A stretch of DNA of 64,000 nt from Eledone cirrhosa (taxonomy: Eukaryota). The notes under the pieces were generated by a model. That model did not search any database. It was not told where the DNA came from and saw only the letters and a list, made by a program, of their open reading frames with translations. The first letter of the stretch is position 1, and the number at the start of each line of letters is the position of its first letter. The DNA lies in assembly GCA_964016885.1 (NCBI GenBank), contig OZ024751.1:9362001-9426000 (forward strand), written 5' to 3'. Shown here one piece after another: positions 29,371 through 42,520 of this stretch. A program made the translations under genes and the position numbers.

Positions 29371-30179
29371 TATGTACGTATGGGTTTACCGAACATTTAT
29401 TATAATGTTCGGTTTCTTTGTAAACAATCAGCCCGAATTAAGCTGTACAGTGTTCGGCATTTATTATAATGTTCTTCTTAGCTGAAATCAGCACCATATA
29501 CCTTTCTGTCAATCGATTGAACGTTTGAAAGTATATACTTTCCTGATGCACATTAACGGCTGAGCAGCCTAATTTGCATATCGAGTAAGTTAGTCGGCCG
29601 GGCGTACCGAAAAGGATATATGGACAAAATGAAATTTCATTTCTCACTCTTAGTACGGCTGATACTTAAATTTAAGTATGTATACGTACATACATATATG
29701 TATACAGACATACAGTAGTATGTATATACATACATACATGCACAAATAAATATATGTACGTATGGGTTTAACCGAACATTTATTATAAATTTCAGTTTGT
29801 TTGTAAACAAACAGCCCGAAGTATGCCGTACAGTGTTCGGCAACCATCGTTGCCCTTTTGTTTGTACTAAGAGTGAGAAATGAAATTTCCATTTTTCTAT
29901 TTATCGTTTTCGGTACGCCCGGCCGACTAACTCACTTGATATGCAAATTAGGCTGCTCAGCCGTTAATATGCATAAGGAAAGTATATACTTTCAAACGTT
30001 CAATCAACTGACATGAAGGTATACGGTGGTGATGACAGCTAATAAGCTGGAAACTAGTTCATAGTTTGTCAGTGTTGAACAAAATGGGAACGACGGTTGC
30101 CGAACACTGTACGGCTTAATTCGGGCTGTTTGTTTACAAACAAACCGAACATTATAATACATGTTCTGTAAACCCATAC

Positions 30180-30259
<80 letters not shown>

Positions 30260-30320
30260 ATGTGTGTATGTATATACATACTACTGTACGTCTGTATACA
30301 TATATGTATGTATACATACT

Positions 30321-30372
<52 letters not shown>

Positions 30373-30846
30373 CATACATGCACACACATATATATATGCA
30401 CGTATCGATTTACCGAACACTATTTATAATGTTCGGTTTGTATGTAAACAAACAAACTGACCGAATTATGCCGTACAGTGTTTAGGCAACCATGTCACAT
30501 TTTTGTTCAATACTGACACAGGAACGATGTACTAGTCTCAAGCTTATTAGCTATCGTCAGCATCGTATACCTTCCTGCCAGATGGTTGGACGTCTGAAAG
30601 TATATACTTTCCTTATGCATATTAACGACTGTGCAGCCTAATTTGCATATCGAGTGAGTTAATCGGCCGGGCACACCAAAAACGATAATCGGAAAAAATG
30701 AAACGAAATTTCATTTTTCACTCTTGGTACGGCAGTTACTTAATGTAACCGATACGTGCATATATATATGTGTGCATGTATGTATATATATACATACTAC
30801 TGTACGTCTGTATACATATATGTATGTACGTATACATACGTACATA

Positions 30847-30850
<4 letters not shown>
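29035..30850. repeat. Cluster of ~450-bp repeat units in alternating orientation with internal palindromes
   Basis: ccgaacatttattataatgttcgg, gaaagtatatactttc, ctaatttgcatatc recur at ~29390/29530/29570, 29940-30180 (RC), 30410-30650; also 56450-56825. Confidence 0.8.
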
Positions 30851-30904
<54 letters not shown>

Positions 30905-31889
30905 CGTGGTTGCCCGTGAAATATATATAATAACATAATTATGGTTTTATAAATATAATTTCCATTTATTTAATATCATTTTATATATATATATATATAT
31001 ATATAGTATGTATAGCTATTACACAGAGCAAGAGACACATATGCGCATGTCTTGTTAATACTACTAACAGTTTTCAATAGCAGGTATTGTTCGGTATGTG
31101 ACACAGGCAAGTCATTAGTTAAATTAAGTAAACTATGTAAACAGAATAATTAATATTTATGAGAACGAAATTGAAATGAAGTAACATTTCTGCAGTTTGT
31201 AGATTCTATTCAAACTTTATTTTCATAACAAAAATGAAAGTAAAGTGGTATATATAATTAAAGCGGAGTGAATAATTATACAAATTTCTCTAACTTGCTA
31301 TATTTTAATTATTCGAGGTTGACGCCCGAGAAGATATGATAAATTGATGTTAATATGTATTTGGTACATGAAAATGACTCGAAAAATCAAATGTGTGTAT
31401 AGTAAAACATATTGTACAACTATATTTTTCTTGACACTAGAATTTGTTTTCAACACGCTGACGCGTATGTGGATATGTATATATTTATATGTATGAGTAT
31501 ATAAATATAAATGTGAAAACACAGGCACACTTACAAAAATACACATGCATTCACACAAACACACACAAACAAACTTGCATTTACACAAACATACGCATAC
31601 ACACATTTACACACATACACTTACATACGGCGTAGCAAATGGAACGCTAGCCACTGTTTTTCTATAGCTATTTCACCATCACCTTCCTTCCTTTTACACA
31701 CACACACACATTCGCACACACACATTGTGTGACGGGCGGATGGAATTCGCTCAAATTTATATACAGATTTTATACTTTGCAATGACTAAAAATCAAATTT
31801 CTGTATAGAAAAACACGATATACGATTCTAAGTTTCTTTATATTGTAGTAAATATAAAATCCGGTGTATATTATTATTCGCACTCATTT

Positions 31890-32050
31890 ACAATGGCTTA
31901 GTGATTAGATCGTTGGGCTTGTGTAAGACACTTTATTTCACGTTGTTCCAGTATACTCAGCTGTAGAGTCTGGTAGCGACGTCACTGGTTCCAAGTTGTA
32001 TCGGTCATTGACTTTCCTCAATGCCATCGGTGGTGTGGATGTTCATGCAG
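31890..32050 (+). mobile_element. tRNA-derived SINE relic (second family)
   Basis: tggcttagtg A-box; aagacactttatttcacgttg..ccag; gcgacgtcactgg..ccaag.tgtatcgg. Confidence 0.55.
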
Positions 32051-32309
32051 GTGTAGCGAGCCATATATATTGTAGTCATTAGAAAACGCATAATGTATAC
32101 TTCGTCTTCGAAAGATGAATGACTCAAGAAGAAGATTTACAATGTATACCTACTTTCGCGCAGGCGATAGTCAATTGGTGTATGTTTTGTCCGCTTCTGT
32201 AATAAATACACTTATTAAGACCTAAATGAAGCACTCAAGTTGTACATATCATCAGTTAATCAACCTAGTGAGAGCTCATCATAGAAGACGACGCAGAATC
32301 TACTATAAA

Positions 32310-32802
32310 GTAACAAGGCCAATAATTTGGGGGCTGCGAAAAGTCGATTAAATTGACCCCAGTTCATTACTGGTACTTTATTTTATCGTAACGATTAAGG
32401 TAAACGGAACCTCCGCAGGATTTGAACTCGTAACGTGAAGGGCCGTCATTCTATGCCGCAAAGCATGGTGTCCGAGGCTCTACTAATATTGCCAATAATA
32501 ATGCAATTTGAAGGAAAAGTCGAATAAATCGACCCATTGAGTTGTTGGTACTTTATTTCATCGAACCGGTAAGAATGAAGGAAAAGCTAACCTCGGTGGA
32601 ATTTGAACTCAAACCATTAACGGCCGAAACTCTATGTTGCAATGCGCAGTGCCCAACGCTCTACTGGTTCTGCCAATCCACAGTCCTTAATAATTGTTTC
32701 TACTTTAGGCACAAGGCCAGCAAATATCCAGTGCATTACTGGTACTTTATTTTATCGACCCCGTAAGGTTGAAAGCAAAGTTAACCTTGGCGGGATTTGA
32801 AC
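32310..32802 (-). mobile_element. Three tandem CORE-type SINE copies or fragments
   Basis: Repeated tggtactttatttt..cg, gatttgaactc, ggcacaaggccagc. Confidence 0.8.
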
Positions 32803-33084
32803 GGGTATTATAATAATAATAATAATAATGGTTTCTTTATTGGCCACAAGGGTTAACACGAAGAAAAACATTAGAGACGTCACCGAACAGGACTATACAA
32901 AGTGGGTTTTGGTCGTGTAAAAAAATTCAAACAACATAAATTCCCCAAAAGTGGGGAAACCTCCGTGGGTCATCGTGACGAAAACCACACAAAGAGGCCA
33001 CTGCCACCCTGACCACAAGGGCAAGCGCCTTCTCTCATTTTTCCCACTCCTCTATCTACAGGCCCATATTCAGAGCTGGCCCGT

Positions 33085-36000
33085 TCACTGGACCAGACTC
33101 GCCACTTTCACCCACCTTTCAACAAAGTTACTAGAAGACAGCACTTGCCTCTCCACCCTGATTTTCCTCTTCAACTGAAACTTGAAAAAGTTAATCAGGG
33201 ATTGGCCGAAGAGGAAAGTGTCCGTCTTCAACCCTTTCAACCTTGTCCACCACACAATCTCTTTCGCCATGACCACCAGGCAGAGGAAAACTGCCTGCCC
33301 TTCTCCCCTTTAAATGAGGACGGCGGGGCTATCTGCACAATGGACTCAGTCGATAACCGGATCAGTCCTACACGGGACAACAGCTGTTCGAAATAGCTCC
33401 ACAAGTCAGCAATCCTCGGGCACCGAACGAGTGCGTGCATGACGGTTTCGTCGCCCTACGCGCATCTCGCACAGGCTCGGCTGACAGCACCTCCGTGCCG
33501 TAGAGCTTATCCCGAACCGACAACGCTCCCCGGTAGCACTGCCAGGCCAGGGATTTCTGGAAGTTGTCCATGGGCCCCGTTTGAAGGTTCTCTTGAAGAC
33601 GGCGATCAGCTGATCGACTTCGACGCCCAGGGTCACCCGAGAATGTCGTCGCTCTTTCCCTCCACTAGCCCTCTATAGAACGCCGAGGTGGATGTTCCAC
33701 CGATACTAGTGCCCAGCTGATAGTGGGAGGTGAGTGCTTGGAGACGTCCCAGCTTCCAAGCGCTATCCCTCGGTCTTTTCTTGGTCCAGGACGGCAGCTC
33801 CGTCAAGGAGACGAGCTGGGGGAAAGCGCGTCTGGCAAACGGCGACCACACCTGTCCACCGTCAAGGAAGCACCAGAGATGTCGCAGCCTCCGCGCATGT
33901 TTGCACATCATCAGCCACGTCATGCCTATTCCTCCACGCAACGTGTGTTGACAGCAAATGGATCGTCTGACTATGGAAGCACGTCTCTTCCACAAAAAGC
34001 GGAAAAGAAGACGCTCCATTTTGGTCAGAGTTGGGCGGAAAAAGGTACGACGGTCAGGCGGTAGCAGATGACGGACGCTATGTACGCATTCGCCACCTGC
34101 GCCCGACCTTTCAGAGACAGCCTCCTCTCGGCCCATTTCTGGGTGAGAAAGACCACCCTGCTCGTCACCTCACTCCAGTATTTCTCTATCTGGAGGTCCG
34201 GACCGAACCAGAACCCGAGCAATGTAACCGGTTCTTCCGTCTAGCGCCCCACGACGCTGTCGGACGGCATGGACTTGCCTCTACAGGTGCTGAGTTGCAA
34301 GCCCACTGACTTTTCCTAGTTTATCTTTGCTCCTGTCACCGCTTCTTATTCCTTGAGAGCGGTGCCGAGCATCTGGATGTGTTTGGTGTTCGACACCACC
34401 ATCGTCACCTTGTAGGTGTAAGCTGAAACGGATCTCACGCATCCCAGTTCGCGTGCCCCCCCCCCCCCCCCCTCATCGTCTCCAATCTGTGAAGTAACGG
34501 CTCGAGGGCCATTACGTAAAAGATGGCGGACCGAGGGCAAGATGGTGAAAGGCTGCGACAGGTGACAATTCACCCTCACAATCGAGCAGATCTCGCTGTT
34601 CATCGCAGCGATCCAGCCCCTAAAAACGGGCCCGAAGCCGGCCGCCTCGAAGACCGCAGCCAGGTACCGATGGTCGACCCTATCAAATGCTTTAGATTGA
34701 TCCAAGTTGATCAGGACCCCACCCGTGCTTGGTTCCTTAAGCACCCTCTCTATGATGTATCGCATGTGATGGAGGTTGTCGTGGATTGCTCTCTCCAGAA
34801 TGGCGCATGTCTGCGCCTCTCCCACCAGACCACCGACGACAAGCGCCATTCTCTTTGCTAACACCTTGACCAAAATCTTAAACTCTGAGTTTAGAAGAGT
34901 TATGGGCCTGAAATTGTCTATTACATCCCCCTTGTTCGGGTCTTTTCTCAGCAGCGCCACCGCTCCCCGGCTCACAAAAGTGGGAATGCTCCCGTTTTGC
35001 TGCCAGTTGCAGTAGACATCTCTCCAAGAGGTCGCCGAACAAGTCTGGCATATATGCATAAAGTTCGTAGGGTAGACCATCCAAACCTGGCGATTTACCC
35101 CTGGTGCAAAGGACATCACTTCCCGTATTTCATCTGCTGTTATCGGCTTTTCGCAGCACTGCGCTGCGGTCGTCGAGAGCCACGGCACTACGTCGAGGTA
35201 TGCACCGAAGTCCATACTCCGAACCGGCCCTCCAACGCTCCCAAACATTTGAGCAAAGTGCTGTTGAAAAGCCACACAGATCTGCTCGGGTTCGAGCAAC
35301 ATACGCCCGTTTTGATCGAGCAAAGACCGAATTGTGGACTTGTTGCCACGTCGCCCCTCCACCACCCGGGCCCATTGAAAGGCTTTCGTCCCCTAGTGTC
35401 TTAGAGCACGCGCTCTAGCTCTGACAACGCAGCCTTCATGCTTTGCGTTGAAGAATTGGTCGAGTGCCAATCTCTCCGCAAGCACGTCGGTTGCGATGCC
35501 TGTCCTAAACGCCTCTTCTAGCTTTCTAACTAACTCTCCTTCTACTCTATTTTCCTCTATCACTACTCCTTTGCTAAACCTTATCGTATCTACTCTAATA
35601 GCCCTTTTCCGGGTAAACCACCACCTGTTGTTGACGATCGCACCCGTCAACGCACGCTTAAATAATTAGCTAATCCGGTCTCTATAAGCTTTGCGCGCCG
35701 GGAACGACGCGTTCAGCTTCCAGTAGCCGGGCCTTTGCCTATGGAGTCAATCTAAGTCAACTTCACAGATTACAAATTTGTGGTCCGTGTAGTCGACTAC
35801 TTTAAATTTTGGACAACCTACACTATCCTTATCTGTTTCCCTACAGAATACCCTATCTAAATACGATCTGGATGACCCGATGCTCTTGCCCATGCCCACG
35901 TTGGCACATTCGGATAATCCAGTCTGTACCTGTCAGACAGTTCAAAACGTATGAGCAGGTTGTTGAGGCTTTTACACCCTCCTGCCCTGTCTACTAGCCC

Positions 36001-36451
36001 CACATAATCCCATCTAAGATACCGTTCCAGTTGCCCACTAACACTAAAGAGCGGGACGTTCCAAGAAAGGTCTCTAGACGTCTGATGAAATCTTGCCGTC
36101 CTGCCTCTGATGAGCGTAGACGGCTACTAGCCTGAAAGCATTGCCTTCGCTGCTGGTTACGTCCAGCACCACCGACTTACCTCCTGGGTCCAAGAAGATG
36201 GCCCGTATGGTGAGATCCAAGCCTCTCCGAAAAAGCACTGCCACTCCTCCCTCCGGTCCTGGACGGCTGGGAGATGCGTATACATCGTAGCCACCGAAGA
36301 TCGGTGCGAAGGCTCGTGCTTCAGAGTTCTGGTCTCGCTGATGGCCACCAAATCTATGTTTAGTGACCTGAGGTCGTTGAGCAGGTGACACTGCTTCCAA
36401 GATGACCCCAGGCCACGTACATTTATACTGCCTATTTTAAGTACGGCTATG
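33085..36451 (-). pseudogene. Tx1-like ORF2 (AP endonuclease + reverse transcriptase), frameshifted
   Basis: GSINVRGL, AISETR, GGVAVLF, LVAVYA, DHK, GPGYWKLN, NFRPITLLN.EFKIL, LDQSKAFDRVDH.YL, LSLKGRA. Confidence 0.9.
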
Positions 36452-36479
36452 TTGGATGAGGAATGGAGTAAGTGAAAAA

Positions 36480-37967
36480 GTTTAACCTACTCTGATCGTG
36501 TGGGAATGGGACAGTCGAACCGTCCCTTTGGCTGGTCATGGGTGTTTCCAAGATGATGTCGGTGTATATCCTCTTGGTAACCGACCCTCTGAAGTCTCCA
36601 ATTTCGTTGGGGAATTTTTCTTTTTAAAGTTTATAATGTTCTATTTTGATTTCAATAATCTTTATATTTTTCGGGAGAGTTCTTGGTGTTGGTGGGGTGT
36701 AGTCATTTTTGTCTGTGATGTCTGTGTGCTGCTTTATATGTTGTAAGAGTTCTTTATTTGCCATGTTTATTTGCCATGTTTATGGCTGTGTACTTTTTTC
36801 GGGGAGGGGTGGTTTTGTTGCTGTTGGCTGTGTGCTTTGTTGTGTTTGCGATGTTGGTGTTTTTGGTGATGCTGGTGGTGATGTGGTTGTTGTTGATGGT
36901 GATGCTTGTGGTGCTGATGGTGATGGTGGTGGTGTTGCTGCAAGTCTTCTTGCAGTCTTTACCCTTCTTTGTTTGTCCTCGCTTTTGGAGGGCGAAGCTA
37001 AGTGGTTCTTTCGTTTTTGTTTTTTTGTGGCAGACCTCTTGCCACTTCATTCCCGCCTTTTACTCCATGTCGGATTCCGTGGTGTCTGGGAGGGATATGA
37101 GCTCCACCGCTGTTGGTGGTGGTAGTAAAGCCCGCTCCGGCGATTTTGCCGCAGATGTAGCGAATGCGACTGTTGGTGTCCGCCACTGCTGCTGCTGTTT
37201 TAGTTGTCCGTGGCCTTGGTGTGGGTGTCACGGTCATTGCCCTCCTACTCACCATGGAAGAGTCTTCTGCCTCTGTTGCCTGCCCTGCTCTTGGTAGCAG
37301 CGGATCATGCGTCGGTAGGAGGGGGCTCACTTCTTGACTGTCCTTTGCGGGCCCTTTTCCCCAAAGCGATAGCATTTTGGGCGCCTTCCTTCCACGCTTA
37401 TAGGGAGTTGGAGTCCGTCCTCGAGGTATATGATATCTGGGATGGCCTCGATGCACTCCTGGTCAGTTTGCATTAGCATTTGCATGCCTATACCTGACCA
37501 GTTCTCTCTTCCCATTCTCTGTATTTACAGTATGGTGGTCGTGTCCTCGATTCCAGCAAGTACAGACGCGGCCAACCAATGTATAGGCTGTTGCTACTGC
37601 TACAAACGGTGTTGTTGCTGTTATCACTGTTGTAGTTGATTGTGATTTTGGTGCCACCGTTGTTGTTTTCGGTGCAATTTTTATTGTTGCTGTTGGTGTT
37701 GTTGTTAATTTTCTTGTTAGTGGTGTTAATATCGTTGTTGCATTTGTTGTCATTTTTTCTGTTGTCTGTATTTAGGTTGTCGCTGTTATTGTTGTAGTTG
37801 GTGTGGTAATTCTTTTAAACTTAGTGTTGTCAGTGTTGCTGTCTTTGTTCACGTTGTTTGTGGTGGTGTTTGCTGTATCAATTTATGTAACCCTCCTCTC
37901 AACTTTTACGCCGCTGTTACATGACAGCATACATATTGCTGGGGGGGGGGGGGGCGTGCCTGAGCCA
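36480..37967 (-). pseudogene. Tx1-like ORF1, disrupted
   Basis: RENWSGI...IPDIIYLEDG..VEGRRPKC aligns with 53375-54616; T/N-rich low complexity. Confidence 0.75.
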
Positions 37968-38144
37968 TGTTTTTTTTTTTAAAGTAAAATGTTCAAATAC
38001 TTTACGCTCACGAGGTAAAGTCCAAGGGCTTATATTCCTTACACAACAAGAAAGATTTAACAACAAATAATTATAACAGGTAAATAAAGCGACTTACTGG
38101 GAGCGAGCAAAAAGACGTCCGATCCGACCAATAATAATAATAAT

Positions 38145-38365
38145 GGTTTCTTACATAGGCACAATGCAAGCAATTTTTTTTTTGGGGGGGGGGGGGGGGT
38201 AAAGGTCGATTATATCGACCCCAGTGCATTACTGGTGCTTTGTTTGATCGTCCCCGTAAGGATGAAAGGGAAAGTTAACCTCGGCGGATTTGAACTCAGG
38301 ACGCAAAGGGCCATAACTATGCTGCAAAGCATGGTATCTGACGCTCTACGGATTCTACCAAACCA
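38145..38365 (-). mobile_element. CORE-type SINE whose (ATT)n tail abuts the Tx1 5' end
   Basis: Same family as 10377; RC tail agaaaccattattatt. Confidence 0.85.
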
Positions 38366-39105
38366 GTAATAACAATATTAATAATAAATATGTACAGTAT
38401 ATACAAATAGCACTACTAGGTACCGCACACCTATTTCGAAGAGCACTCTTAATTCAATAGAAACACTAACAAAAACTACAGTACACATGCCCAAAGAGCA
38501 CAGAACTATGCCCGGTAATGCAATGATGACGATGGTGATGATGATAATAATAATAATAAACTGAAACACAGTAATGGGGAGAAGATAATTAGATATGAAC
38601 GCCACAGGAATGATTTCGTGCATATAGAGAAAGGTTTTGCATGGAAACCATTCAGAAATCGGGATTAGCTACAAGATGAATCTTTATACATAAATATCAA
38701 TGTGATCGATGATTATTTCCTATGGCATTCCTCACATGATTTCTTAAATATTATTCACAGTACCAATAATGGTTTTTTCTTTTTTTTTTTCTTCTAAAAT
38801 GATTAATCATACGACTGATTCAGGTATTTCGCTTTTAAACATTTATTAAAATATTTGCAAATAAATAGCTAGCAATGACCTCTTTCTAATACCCCCGAGT
38901 CTATAGACATTTCCTGAAGAATCACCATCATCATCGAAATATATAAAATGACTTCAGGCAAATAGTTTTGTCAATATATGTCTATCATTGAATCAATCAT
39001 TCATATATAAATATGCGTGATTTATAATTAAGTAGACTAAGGAACTTCTTAATGTCAGTTGAATAATAATAGAAACATTGTTTCTTTTATTTGTTTTAGA
39101 GATAT

Positions 39106-39178
<73 letters not shown>

Positions 39179-39527
39179 TATTTGTTGTTCTTTAACATAC
39201 TGAGTTGTTTTGTTTGAGAATATTTCTATTTATTTCAAATATGGCTCATTAAATTTGCTTAACCAGTTGAAGTTCATATTTACAACTGCCTCCCTCTTGA
39301 GAAAATATCTTATACTGAAAGATAAGTAGGTGTACAACGTTTAATGTTTAGTTATGTTTAGTTAAGTTTAGAAATGAGGAAATGAAGCAACGGTCTGAAT
39401 GAATATTGTGTAATATAGTTATTACGTAAAACACCACTAATCCCCTTATCCCTCTATTTCTCTCTTCCCCACACTGTCTCTCTCGCATAAATAAATAATT
39501 AAATGAATATATATATACATATATATA

Positions 39528-39650
39528 TAAGCGGCTTGAGCTCAGCCGTCGGGGTCTTACTGGTTCCTATTACCCACTCTACTACCCTAAATATTGAGTA
39601 CTTTGGTGCGTTATGGTCCACCTGGTTCCTTACCACATTTCCTTCGTTAC
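39528..39650 (+). repeat. Dispersed PLE-type terminus fragment
   Basis: Copies at 61735-61855 and 62270-62340. Confidence 0.75.
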
Positions 39651-39699
39651 ATATATATATATATATATATTATTCAGGCTGGATTGGTAGTATCGATAG

Positions 39700-39890
39700 A
39701 GAGCTGTGGATTGACAGTATCGGTACAGTGACGGACGCCACGCTTTACATCATAGAGTTATGGCCCTTTGCGGTCTGAGTTCAAATCCCGCCGAGGTTAA
39801 CTTTGCTTTTCATCTTTATGGGTTTGATAAAATAAAGTACCAGTAATACACTGAGATAGTTGCTGGCTTTGAGCCAAAAGTAGAAACAAT
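39700..39890 (+). mobile_element. CORE-type SINE
   Basis: gagttcaaatcccgccgagg B-box; tail tagaaacaatt. Confidence 0.85.
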
Positions 39891-39899
39891 TATATATAT

Positions 39900-40048
<149 letters not shown>

Positions 40049-40283
40049 TATAGATATATCAATGTATATATATATATATTGTAGTACGTAATGGGTATAA
40101 ATATCCAAGGGTTTAAGGACCTCAGTCTGTGAGGTGAGCTATGTATAATCAGTTTCATCAGTAACATACACAGAGTCTCTTCCATACTTACGTATCATTC
40201 AGCCGGCCATATTGTGATATATATACTTATACATATATATATACAGTTATATTAGGTTCACGCTTAGAGGAAGTGGAGAAGGT

Positions 40284-40317
40284 TTCAACGTTTCGTACAG
40301 AAGTCCTTCTTCGGGAA
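40284..40317 (-). ncRNA. Minimal HHR-like motif (U4C), PLE type
   Basis: RC: ttc CCGAAGA aggac ttct gtac GAAA cg TT gaa. Confidence 0.45.
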
Positions 40318-40381
40318 TGTTTGGATAAGGATGGGACTTGCGTGTGTGTGAATGCAACCGAGTTTAAGGTGTTATTATACA

Positions 40382-40560
40382 ATTGGCAGTATCGGTAGAG
40401 GGTTGGACGCCATGCTTTCTAGCATAGTTACGTCCCTTTACAGTCTGAGTTCAAATCCCGCCGAGGCTCACTTTGCCTTTCATCCTTACGGGGTCGATAA
40501 AATAAAGTACCACTAATGTATTGGGTAATTGTTGACCTTGTGCCAAAAGTAGAAACAGTT
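40382..40560 (+). mobile_element. CORE-type SINE, full length
   Basis: A-box tggcagtatcgg, B-box gagttcaaatcc, core and tail. Confidence 0.9.
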
Positions 40561-40662
40561 ATACAATTAAGTCAGACATTATTCATTTAAATATGATACA
40601 TTTGCTTATTTTGCTCAAATCCATTGTATTTTCTAATCTTTATACTTCTACACTGTTCCTTA

Positions 40663-41807
40663 TTTGTCACCAAAACTATGTCGTCGGCAAATTCAGCATC
40701 CGATACCTTTTTCGCCCCAACTCTCCTGCTCTGAGTGCTACAGTAAAGCCAGAGTCCTGGTATTTCTCCAGTGCAAGGCGCATACAATAGTCAACTACGA
40801 TGATAAAAAGGTAGGGAGCCAATGTATCTCCCTGGAGCACTCCAGCCAGTATCTCAAAGAACTCTGTCATTCCATCAGGTGTAATGACTTGGGCTTTGGT
40901 GTTGGTGTAGAGCAGTGATATCAGGTCCACTATCCTCTTGGGGATTCCATAAGCCTGTAAGATCTTCATCAGGCAGTAACGGTCCACAGAATCAAAGGCC
41001 TTCCTAAAGTCAATGAAAAAGGTATCGGATGCTGAATTTGCCGACGACATAGTTTTGGTGACAAATACAGTGAAGGAGGCAGAGGATTTGATGCGGGAGG
41101 TTGAGACTGTGTCGATGAGTGTGAGGCTGAGAATGAATGAGACTAAAACAAAATATCTGGTAGAGAATGTTGAGAAGCCAGAGGGGATCACTAATGTAGG
41201 CGGGAAGCCGCTGGAATTGGTTGAGGACTTCCTGTATTTGGGAGCAAAGATTGGGAATACGGAAGATTATGTGGTTGAGAGGAAGAGCAAAGCCTGGGCG
41301 GCGTGTCACAGCTTGAGATCGGTGTGGAAGTCGGACCTTCGTAGAGACCTGAAAATCCGCCTCTTCATTGCTGTAGTGGAGTCTGTGCTGCTGTATGGGT
41401 CTGAGACTTGGACACTGACCAAGAGACTCACTCAGATGGTGGATGGGTGCTACACGAGAATGCTGAGGATGGCTCTGAACATTAATCAGTATACACTGAG
41501 GATGAAAAACTCAGAGCTGTATGGGAGCATCCCAAAAGTCAGCTCAAAAGTGACACAGAGAGAACTGAGGTTGGCTGGACATGCTCACCGACATCCAGAG
41601 TTGACATTGCACTCAGTGCTCCTTTGGGAGCCCCTACATGGACACACTAGAAGAGGAAGACCAAGGTTAACATATGTTGATGCCCTAAGGACAGACACTG
41701 GTCTGTTGGAGATGCAGGATATGGCAGCGATAATGAGGGACAGAGACCGCTGGAGAGAACTCGTCCATGGATCTCGGGAATTTTACCCGCCTTAGATAGA
41801 TAGATAG
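40663..41807 (+). mobile_element. 5'-truncated RTE-clade LINE with 5' inversion, (TAGA)n tail and 11-bp TSD
   Basis: Minus 40663-41014: FIDFRKAFDSV, GVLQGDTLAPYLF; plus 41015-41795: FADD, FLYLG, VLLYGSETWTL, RRGRP; TSD actgttcctta at 40652-40662 and 41808-41818. Confidence 0.92.
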
Positions 41808-41867
41808 ACTGTTCCTTACACGCTCGTTCTCTCTGTATGTCTATCAGTTGGTTATTAACAGTACAGT

Positions 41868-41905
<38 letters not shown>

Positions 41906-42062
41906 GTAGAACACTGGAAGGTAATATCCGTAGTGGTAGAGCACTCAGTCCATGGGAAGAGGCAGGTAGAAGTGTTTACACAACAGTTATTTCACCATAC
42001 CGAGAACAATTGTTTCACCTTAGCGGATCCTCAGCTCGTAATGGTCATGGTTATACGGAACA

Positions 42063-42065
<3 letters not shown>

Positions 42066-42128
<63 letters not shown>

Positions 42129-42464
42129 TTGTGTGTGTATGTATGTGAATGTTTGAGTGAGTATGTGTGAGTGTGTGTGTTTGTGTGTGTTTGTGTGTGT
42201 ATGTCTGTGCTTGTTTGTGTATCTGTGTCTGTGTGTTTGTATGTGTGTATGTGTGTATGTGTATATGTGTGTGAGAGTGTGTGTGTATCAACTATTTACC
42301 TCAACTTCAACACAATGTGTGAGTGCGTGTGTGTGTGTGTATGTGTGTGCTTCTGTGTATGTGTGCCTGTATGTTTGTGTATGTATCTGACAGAGAGAGA
42401 GAGTGTGTGTGTGTGTATGTGTGTGCTTCTGTGTATGTCTGCCTGTGTGTTTGTGTATGTGTCT

Positions 42465-42503
<39 letters not shown>

Positions 42504-42520
42504 TGTGTGGGGGGGGGGTG
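42066..42520. repeat. Compound (AT)n/(GT)n/(GA)n microsatellite
   Basis: Direct reading. Confidence 0.9.

Larger units (their letters stand above)
32830..38129 (-). mobile_element. Full-length, degenerate Tx1/L1-clade LINE (ORF1 + APE-RT ORF2)
   Basis: 5' end ggtcggatcggacgtc matches the copy at 52567; 3' end with AATAAA and (ATT)n tail; (AAT)n on both flanks. Confidence 0.9.

Noticed and set aside
38908-38952. CTGAAGA...GAAATATATA HHR-like spacing
   Set aside because: Stem II cannot pair; probably chance or fully decayed.
40382-40470. tRNA gene calls from A/B boxes
   Set aside because: These are SINE heads with no complete cloverleaf, followed by the SINE body.
40676-41191. Overlapping antisense gene pair
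   Set aside because: Artefact of the LINE 5' inversion.
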